Of a stretch of DNA of 64,000 nucleotides, positions 57,022 through 64,000 are shown piece by piece. Source of the DNA: a virus. Each line of letters begins with the position of its first letter. Positions within the stretch are counted from its first letter, which is position 1. The DNA lies in IMG/VR virus record IMGVR_UViG_3300035189_000005, positions 1 through 64,000 of that record; one strand, given 5' to 3'. The position numbers and the translations under genes are program-made. A model generated the notes under the pieces. It did no database searches. It was not told where the DNA came from and saw nothing but the letters and a program-made list of their open reading frames with translations.

Positions 57022-59010
57022 ATGGCCGCTTTGACTTGGCGTAATGTGGATGCCCCTGACTTCCGGGGCTCCCTGGATGCCTACCGCCAGTCCAGCCAAA
57101 TGCTGAACCAAGCATTGGGTGGGGCTTCGGATGCCTTGGGCAAATTCGATAATGCCCAGAACCAAGGGGCAAACCAGCAAGTGATGCTGGAAGCCCTGAA
57201 ATACAATGACCCCAAGGCGTATCAGGATGCCTTGGCCTCCGGCTCGTTGACTGCTGGTGTCGATCCCCGCCGACTCTCGACCGCTACCATTCAGGGTCTT
57301 GGTTCCCGTAGCGGTGATCTCCTGAACCAAGCGGTTACCGGTCAGCGTCTCCAGTCTGCCCAGTATGGTCAGAACCGGACTGAGCAACTGAACAGTGCTA
57401 CCGACAATGCTCGTGAAGCAATCGGTGCAATGACGGCTGCTGCTGCTTCGGGTGATCCTGCTCAGGTGGCTGCTGCACGGCAACAGTACGGTCCGATCCT
57501 GGCTCAACTCCAGGGTGATCAGCAGATCGGTTTGGCGAAGGATGCTCAGAGTCTGCAAAGCGGATTCCTGGGTAACCAATCCAAGGCCTTCAACAACATG
57601 ACCACCCAGCGTGATGACGCTGAGACTCGTGCTGCTCAGGCTGCATTCACCGATGTGCTGCGTCGTTCGGCCAGCCCTGATGATGCCCGTTCGATTCTGG
57701 AATCTCAGAATTACGATCCGGCTGTTCGAGCGAAGCTGAATAACATGATCCAGGCTCAGTTCCCTGGGACCTATGGTTCCCTCAGTTCTGGCTCTGGTGG
57801 TGGCATTGCCCCATCTGCACCGGGTACTCATGGGACCAAAGCTGGTAGTGCCTATGATGCGACGGTTGGTTTCCAAGCGACTCCAACTCCGATCTCTGGC
57901 ATGACCATGGGCCAAGCAGTGGACTTCGGTGAGAAGTCTCTTATCCCTGCTACTCGTGGCCGGGCTGATCTTGGTCTTCCTCCTGATCTTGGTTCCAGTG
58001 CCATGGGTCCATTTCAAATCACCGCATCCACCATGAAGGACTTGGGTCCGAAGGTGTTCGGTGATAAGTGGAAGGACACCCCGATGACTCCTGAGAATCA
58101 GGACAAACTGGGCAAAGAGTTGTTCGACCAGCGTAAAGGCGGTGACCTTTCCAAGACCTGGACTTCCCTGCCTGATGCAGCACCGGGGGCTTACAAGAAC
58201 AAGTCCTGGGATGAGATGCGTAATATCATCGCTCAAGGCGAAGTTGGTGCCACTCTTGATCCAATCCCTAAAGGGGCTACTGAACGTGCTGTTGCTGAAA
58301 CCACTTCTCGCTTCATGCAGAACACTGGCATGGGCGGTGCTGCTGCGGATATTGCCAAGAACGTTGGTGATACTCGTCCGCAGGGTCAGATCGTCAATGA
58401 CTTGACCAAGGAAGGTGGTTCGTTTGCTGGTGCTGACAAAGGTCTGGTGACTGAGGCCATCAACCGTGTCATGCAGGATGGTCAAGTCAACGCTGCACAA
58501 GCTGGTGCCATTCTGGAACGTAACCCTGAACGTGCTACCTGGGCCTCGGCTATTCGTGGTTATCTCGGTGGCCGTGACACTACCCGTAACTTGGGTGGTG
58601 ATATCCGCATCAATGATGCTGGTGTGCAGGCCGAGATTCAGTCCCAGCGTCAAGGTAACACTGTAGACAAAATGCTGGCTCAGGCTACTACCGGTGCCCA
58701 GGTTCAAGCATTGCAGTCTGCCCAGCAAACCTTCACTGCTGCACAGAACCAATACAATGCTGCTGCTGCTCGGGCAGAAACTCAACCAGGCCTGCGGGCT
58801 CAACTCCCTCGCTACAAAGCAGCGATGGATGAAGCACAGAAGGCACTGGAACTTCAGTTGGAAAGTCAGCGTACTGAGCCGAACTTTCAAGCTCGGCGTA
58901 TTGCCCGACCACCAACTCCGGCTGAACAGGCGAAGGTAGCTGCTGCTGATCCTCAGGCATTGGCTAACGCTTTCCCTCGCTATATCCCAGATCAGCTCCT
59001 ACAAGACTGA
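57022..59010 (+). CDS. N4 gp51-like internal virion protein with lysozyme-like domain
   Basis: MAALTWRNVDAP start; SSAMGPFQITAST...PENQDKL...WTSLP. Confidence 0.8.
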   Translation: MAALTWRNVDAPDFRGSLDAYRQSSQMLNQALGGASDALGKFDNAQNQGANQQVMLEALKYNDPKAYQDALASGSLTAGVDPRRLSTATIQGLGSRSGDLLNQAVTGQRLQSAQYGQNRTEQLNSATDNAREAIGAMTAAAASGDPAQVAAARQQYGPILAQLQGDQQIGLAKDAQSLQSGFLGNQSKAFNNMTTQRDDAETRAAQAAFTDVLRRSASPDDARSILESQNYDPAVRAKLNNMIQAQFPGTYGSLSSGSGGGIAPSAPGTHGTKAGSAYDATVGFQATPTPISGMTMGQAVDFGEKSLIPATRGRADLGLPPDLGSSAMGPFQITASTMKDLGPKVFGDKWKDTPMTPENQDKLGKELFDQRKGGDLSKTWTSLPDAAPGAYKNKSWDEMRNIIAQGEVGATLDPIPKGATERAVAETTSRFMQNTGMGGAAADIAKNVGDTRPQGQIVNDLTKEGGSFAGADKGLVTEAINRVMQDGQVNAAQAGAILERNPERATWASAIRGYLGGRDTTRNLGGDIRINDAGVQAEIQSQRQGNTVDKMLAQATTGAQVQALQSAQQTFTAAQNQYNAAAARAETQPGLRAQLPRYKAAMDEAQKALELQLESQRTEPNFQARRIARPPTPAEQAKVAAADPQALANAFPRYIPDQLLQD

Positions 59011-59026
59011 TTCTTGGGTATACAAT

Positions 59027-59053
59027 GAGACCTCGCTTCGGCGGGGTTTTCTT
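59027..59053 (+). terminator. intrinsic terminator
   Basis: GAGACCTCGC-TTCG-GCGGGGTTTT-CTT. Confidence 0.75.
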
Positions 59054-59112
59054 GTTCCAGGCGATAACGTATAGTCTTCCTCAAACTTAATCTGCAAACA
59101 GGGTCCAGACCA

Positions 59113-62100
59113 ATGGCTGATATCAACTCTATGCTTTCCAAAGCAGCCCAACCTAATGCCATGCTGCCTGGGCCTGAAGAGGATTATGCTCTGCTCGCTG
59201 CACAGCAGCCTGCACCTACCCCAGCTCCGGTTGCCCCACAACCAGCCGGTTCCATTCTTGCCGACAATGGTGTGAACCCATGGAACCCTCCGGCCACTGT
59301 ACCGACTCCTTCCATGTTGCCTACTTTGTCTCAGGACAAGATGGCTGCGGTTACTGCTGCATCCACTGACAAGAAAGCCCAAATGGCTACCCCTTATCAG
59401 ATGGCTGCTGGTGGTCCAACTGGTTCCGGCACTCAGAACATGTCCGACTATGAAGCGGATCTCCGCTACATGGACGCATCGAACCTGACCAAGAAGTATG
59501 GCAGCCAAGCAACTTCGATGTTGCTGGATCGTGTCGCTGGTCAGTTCGAATACCAAGCTGATGCCTCTGTTCCCAACCGTCTCGGCAGTGATGTCACTTA
59601 TGACTCCCTGTCTTCTGGTCTGTCTGGTCTGGGTAATGCCCTGGGTGGTATTGCTGCTCTTGGTACTGGTGTTGTTTCTAACACGGGTGGTGCCACTATC
59701 GCCAAGGCACTGGGTGATGCAACTGAATGGGTACAGGGTACTCAATCCCCTGAACTCCAAGCAGCACGCCGAGTGATGGAAGCGAAGAACTTCCTTGACT
59801 CCCGTGATACTCAAATCGAATTCGAAAAAAACAAGAAGACTGATGGCGAGTTCGTTGCCAGTCTCAAACGTGTCGGCCATGAAGTGGTCAACACTCTGGA
59901 CAATGCCACCGATAACTCCGCTACCGTTATGGACGGTATCTCTCAGGCACTTGGTTCCCTCTTTGCAGTGGGTCCAATTTCCAAGGGTATCGCTGCCCTC
60001 GTACCTCAATCCACCAAGGCTGGTGTAGGTTTGGCTGCTGCCATTGATGCAGCCTCCGGTTCCAAGTCTGCTGCTCGTGTCCTGGCCGCTGCCGGTGAGC
60101 ATGCTCCTGTCCTTGGTTCCATCGCTGCAATTGAAGGTGGTGGTGCTTACCAGCAAGTCACTGCTGACATCATGGGCCGTGACCACCAGAAACTTCTGGA
60201 TGAGTCCCCGATGTACAAGGAGTTGATTGATCAGGGCATGAGCCAAGAGGATGCCAAAGCTACCGTTGCCAACCGCACTGGTAAGCTGGCTGCTGCTATC
60301 ACTGCACCTCTCGCTGCTGCCACCGGTACTCTGGTGAGCAAGTTCGAAGGTTCTCCATTTGCTGCCAAGTCTCTGACCCAAGTGGTAGGCAACATCCTCA
60401 AGGAACCAATCGAAGAAGGTATCCAGGGCGGTACTTCTCAGATCGCTCAGAACTATGCCGAACAGCAATATGCTGACCAAACCAAGGCTCTCTCTGAGGG
60501 TGTTGGTCGTCAGGTTGCTGAAGGTGCCCTCTATGGTCTGGGTATGACTGCTGTCACTCAGGCCCCTGTCGGTGCTGCCAAGGTTGTGGGTGCTGCTGCA
60601 CCAATCGTTGGTCGTGCAACTCTGGCTACTGCTGCCAAAGTGGGTGACTCCCTGGCTGCCCGTGCTGATGCACTTCAAGCCAAGAATGAGGCTGCCAGCC
60701 CAGTAGCTGATGCCACCATCCTCAAGGCTGCCACTGAAGCACAGACCACTGCACCTCAAGCTGCTGCAACTCTACAAGAAGCTGTTCAAGCTCTGCCTGC
60801 TGAGAAGCAACCGGCTGCACAGACCTATGTCGATAAGCTGATGACTGCATCAAACTTCGACCCAGCCGAAGTATCTGCTTCCTTGGCTCCAGCTCTTGAA
60901 GGTTCGACCAACCGTGTTGATGCCATCCAGCGTCTGGCGAAGATGGTTGCTGATGCTCCAGAAGGTAGCCGTGAGCAACTGACCGCTGGCCTGAACATGT
61001 ATGACCTGCTGGCTCCATTCGCCAAGATCGTGGATAGCGATCCTTCGGCCATTGATGCCATCCCTGCTAATCACCCAGCTTCGAACATCATTAAGGAATA
61101 CGATGCTCTGATGGCTAACGTCCAGAACACCCCATCGGTGTTGAAGGCGTTGGGCACCATCCAAGAGATCGTCGCCAAGCAAGCTCAGGCTCCGGTTGAT
61201 GTTACCAATCCTGAAGATGTGCGGAATGCTGCTACTGTTGCTGAGATGGCACCGGACAAGGCGAATCTGGATAACAACGAGAAGATTCTGTATCAGGCTT
61301 CCCAGGGTAACCTTCAGATTACCCCTGAACAGAAAGCTGCTCTGCAAACCTCAGTGGCTATCCTTCGTGCGGCTAAAGCTGCCGATGAAGAAGCCGTCCG
61401 GCTTGGTGACCAATCCAAGGCGGCACAGGTATCCCGTAACGTTCGCACGGAGGAAGGCGAGAAAGGGAAATCGGCGTTGCAGTACGCCCAGGGTGTCATG
61501 TCCGCATGGAAGGCGGGTAACACTGATCTCGCAACTGATCGTCTCGGGGCGATGAAGGATTTCGTCCAGCACATGGACAACAAGGTCGCTGCCCTTAATA
61601 CGCATTTTGCTGGTGGGGACCCGAAGGCAAATGCTGTCACCTACCAAGCACTTGCCCCGAACGGTGAGTGGTTCGACTCCAAAAAGGGATTGAGCGTCAA
61701 CCCGACGAAAGAGGGATCGGTAAAGTTTGCACAAACTGTTGCCATGGAAGCCAAGATGTTGGCCGATGTTTACAACGGGTTGGCTGATGCTTTTCCAGAT
61801 CTGGGCGCTAAACATTTTGATGTTACCTCGTTGGATTCCAAGCTGAATATTCCAGCAAATCAGGTAGTTGCAGCATCCTCCCCTGTTGCCGAAACTCCTG
61901 CGATTAAGCCGGAGTCTACCGTGGCTAAGCCTTCGGCTCCAGCCGCTCCTGTCAAGGTTGTGACACCTGCCCCAGTTGAAAAAGTTCCTGCTCCTGCTGC
62001 AAAAGTGGAGAAAGCACCCGTTAAGGAGACTGTAGCTGAGCCAGTGAAGACCGGGACTGCTGCTGCATTTCCGCAACTGACAACCGTTACATTTGCTGAG

Positions 62101-64000
62101 ACATTCAAGCTGCCGACTGAGCAACTGACTCATACCATTGGTTCCGAAGCTCCGATGGACTTCGTGTCGAATGTGCTGAAGTCTCAGACTAATCTGGTGA
62201 ACTTGGTTGGTAACGCCAAGAAGCAACTGACCCCTGAGATCTCCAAGGCATATGCTGCCCACCTCGATATGGGCCGTAACCTGACCGACACCATGCAATC
62301 CAACCTCTCCAAGTTCCTGGGTGAGAACAAGTTGGGTGAACGCTTCGCTGCCGGTGAGGAAGTGAACCGCTTCGTTGCAGCCAAGGCCCTGAACATCACC
62401 GAGACTGTGGATGGTGAAGTGGTCTATAACCAAGAGTTGGTTGAAGGTGCTGCACTGGCTGGTCTGCAATGGATCATCACTGCTGACAGCATGGGTTCGA
62501 AACTGGATGAGAAGGATGTGGCCGGTATCCTGGGTATCGACGCTGACTTGGTTACCCCAGCTCAACTGGTTGACATGAATGAAGGCCAGTCTGTTGTCGA
62601 AGCCAAACGCAATTTGGCTCAAAAGATCCGCAACTACTGGGGCGTCAAGTCTGACAGCAAAGCTCAGATCGGTAACACCGAAGGTATCCCTGAGTCGGTT
62701 GCTGCTGAACTGATGCGTGCTCTGGAATCTGAAGGCTTGATCCAAACGAAGACTCTGTACTTCACTGCTGATGGCCAACTGGTATCCGGTGAGAAACCGA
62801 AAGGTGTGGTCAAAACCATTGATCGGATCATCCCATCCAAGCTGTCCGAGGAATCTCCAATCCGTGCCTTCCCTACTGCCATCGAGATGGCTGTGATGAA
62901 GACCCCGGAAGAGACTTCCTACATCGGCTCTGGTCAGAAGATTCCTGTCGCTGACACGCAGATGCGTAACCCTTTGGTTCAGAACACTGCCCAGCAGAAG
63001 GCAGCCATTGAGGCTGAGCAATCTACCCCTTACTACATCCAGCCTCGTATGTCTGGCCTGTACGCAGCTCTGGGTGTGGACAACCTGATCCGCATGTTCG
63101 GTGTTCCTGATGCCGACGAAAAGACCATGAACATCAACCACTTCAAGTCGGTTGAAGGCAAGAACCGTTCGATCATCGACGGCTTCAGCCACCTGATGGG
63201 CCAGATTCAGCAAGTCTCCAACGTGGGTGATGCTGAAGGTACTGCTTTGGATCAGACTCCACTGTTCTACCCACACAACATGTCCCGTGTTGGTCGGATG
63301 CAGATGATCGGCAAGTACAGCCCACAGGCCAATAAAATGGTCCGGGAGGCAATCTTGCCTACTCGTTCCACTCTGGACCTGACCAACAAGACGGGCACCG
63401 ACTACAACAACTTCATGCTGGGCATTGCCCAAGCACTGGGTGTCAAAGTCCACAAGATGACCATGGCTGATTCCCGTGCCAAGGCTGAAGCTTTGCTGAC
63501 TGGTCCACTGAGCCAATCGGTGGATAACCTGCGTGCATGGCAGAAGGGCTTCAATGCTGACAACGTTCTGTCTGCTGCTGACTCGATTGCTCCGACCACT
63601 GTGGGTAACCTGATCCAGAACTTCAAAGGTATCGGTCTGACTCCGATGGCGCTGCATGCTGTGATGGAATACTCCCGCATGTTGGATCATCCAGGTAAGG
63701 ACTTCACGACCAGCATCTATGTCGAAGCTGATGGCATGACCAACGGCCCAATGAATGCCATGGCTATGTTCACCACCGGTGAGTTCTCTTCTTCTCAGAT
63801 CACCAACATGGCGAAGGGTGGCTTCTATGTGAACCGTCCAGACATGACGGCGAACGAATACAACTCGACCCAGGACAAGAAGGATCTCTATCAGGCCACT
63901 ACCGATAGCCTTCGTGAACTGATGCGGAACCAACAGGCAAACTTCCAGGCCAACAACCCTGCTGCCAATACCCAGCTCAACCATCTGTTCAACCTGATGG
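59113..64000 (+). CDS. virion-encapsidated RNA polymerase (N4 gp50-like), truncated by window end
   Basis: Not in the ORF track (no stop in window). Frame from ATG 59113 (MADINSMLSK) read in part, with SRVGRMQM and YVEADGMTNGPMNAM motifs near the window end. Confidence 0.92.
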   Translation, partial: MADINSMLSKAAQPNAMLPGPEEDYALLAAQQPAPTPAPVAPQPAGSILADNGVNPWNPPATVPTPSMLPTLSQDKMAAVTAASTDKKAQMATPYQMAAGGPTGSGTQNMSDYEADLRYMDASNLTKKYGSQATSMLLDRVAGQFEYQADASVPNRLGSDVTYDSLSSGLSGLGNALGGIAALGTGVVSNTGGATIAKALGDATEWVQGTQSPELQAARRVMEAKNFLDSRDTQIEFEKNKKTDGEFVASLKRVGHEVVNTLDNATDNSATVMDGISQALGSLFAVGPISKGIAALVPQSTKAGVGLAAAIDAASGSKSAARVLAAAGEHAPVLGSIAAIEGGGAYQQVTADIMGRDHQKLLDESPMYKELIDQGMSQEDAKATVANRTGKLAAAITAPLAAATGTLVSKFEGSPFAAKSLTQVVGNILKEPIEEGIQGGTSQIAQNYAEQQYADQTKALSEGVGRQVAEGALYGLGMTAVTQAPVGAAKVVGAAAPIVGRATLATAAKVGDSLAARADALQAKNEAASPVADATILKAATEAQTTAPQAAATLQEAVQALPAEKQPAAQTYVDKLMTASNFDPAEVSASLAPALEGSTNRVDAIQRLAKMVADAPEGSREQLTAGLNMYDLLAPFAKIVDSDPSAIDAIPANHPASNIIKEYDALMANVQNTPSVLKALGTIQEIVAKQAQAPVDVTNPEDVRNAATVAEMAPDKANLDNNEKILYQASQGNLQITPEQKAALQTSVAILRAAKAADEEAVRLGDQSKAAQVSRNVRTEEGEKGKSALQYAQGVMSAWKAGNTDLATDRLGAMKDFVQHMDNKVAALNTHFAGGDPKANAVTYQALAPNGEWFDSKKGLSVNPTKEGSVKFAQTVAMEAKMLADVYNGLADAFPDLGAKHFDVTSLDSKLNIPANQVVAASSPVAETPAIKPESTVAKPSAPAAPVKVVTPAPVEKVPAPAAKVEKAPVKETVAEPVKTGTAAAFPQLTTVTFAETFKLPTEQLTHTIGSEAPMDFVSNVLKSQTNLVNLVGNAKKQLTPEISKAYAAHLDMGRNLTDTMQSNLSKFLGENKLGERFAAGEEVNRFVAAKALNITETVDGEVVYNQELVEGAALAGLQWIITADSMGSKLDEKDVAGILGIDADLVTPAQLVDMNEGQSVVEAKRNLAQKIRNYWGVKSDSKAQIGNTEGIPESVAAELMRALESEGLIQTKTLYFTADGQLVSGEKPKGVVKTIDRIIPSKLSEESPIRAFPTAIEMAVMKTPEETSYIGSGQKIPVADTQMRNPLVQNTAQQKAAIEAEQSTPYYIQPRMSGLYAALGVDNLIRMFGVPDADEKTMNINHFKSVEGKNRSIIDGFSHLMGQIQQVSNVGDAEGTALDQTPLFYPHNMSRVGRMQMIGKYSPQANKMVREAILPTRSTLDLTNKTGTDYNNFMLGIAQALGVKVHKMTMADSRAKAEALLTGPLSQSVDNLRAWQKGFNADNVLSAADSIAPTTVGNLIQNFKGIGLTPMALHAVMEYSRMLDHPGKDFTTSIYVEADGMTNGPMNAMAMFTTGEFSSSQITNMAKGGFYVNRPDMTANEYNSTQDKKDLYQATTDSLRELMRNQQANFQANNPAANTQLNHLFNLM

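Noticed and set aside
50484-63984. Long minus-strand ORFs (50484-52844, 56437-58890, 58999-60759, 61351-63984) and similar antisense ORFs elsewhere
   Set aside because: Shadow ORFs caused by codon bias of the capsid, gp51 and vRNAP genes on the other strand.

Overview
This window is about 64 kb of an N4-like podophage (Schitoviridae-type) genome, apparently circularly permuted. The minus strand from 1 to about 33.2 kb carries the early and middle genes: two hairpin promoters for the virion RNA polymerase (vRNAP), the gp2/Drc-like cofactor, two-subunit RNAPII, an Ig-like decoration protein, HNH, MoxR ATPase plus vWA/metallopeptidase, dCTP deaminase, ThyX, rIIA/rIIB, a MazG-like pyrophosphatase, helicase, family A DNA polymerase, a PD-(D/E)XK nuclease and a truncated primase-type gene. 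The plus strand from 33.3 to 64 kb carries the late genes: terminase, tail fibre and spike, lysis cassette, portal, major capsid, internal virion proteins and the N-terminal part of the giant vRNAP. The physical genome end probably lies near 32 kb. The most unusual feature is a roughly 1 kb stretch with no credible long ORF (17.9-18.9 kb, minus strand). It holds a tandem array of at least five structured RNA elements. Three are closed by the same bulged helix (TTGG-TGG / CCA-W-CCAA). Two of those three carry canonical tRNA D and T arms, but their anticodon arm is replaced by a long unrelated structured insert. A further element has a tRNA acceptor stem and T arm. The array also contains a Met-Tyr-stop minigene with a strong SD, ends in a terminator, and follows two tandem small FlbD-like genes. 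Other points of interest are a putative three-domain anti-defence fusion, an Ig domain split across two ORFs, an inverted Gly/Gln-rich two-gene cassette and a strongly over-represented GAACCAA heptamer. All family assignments come from motif recognition by eye; no searches or folding programs were run.
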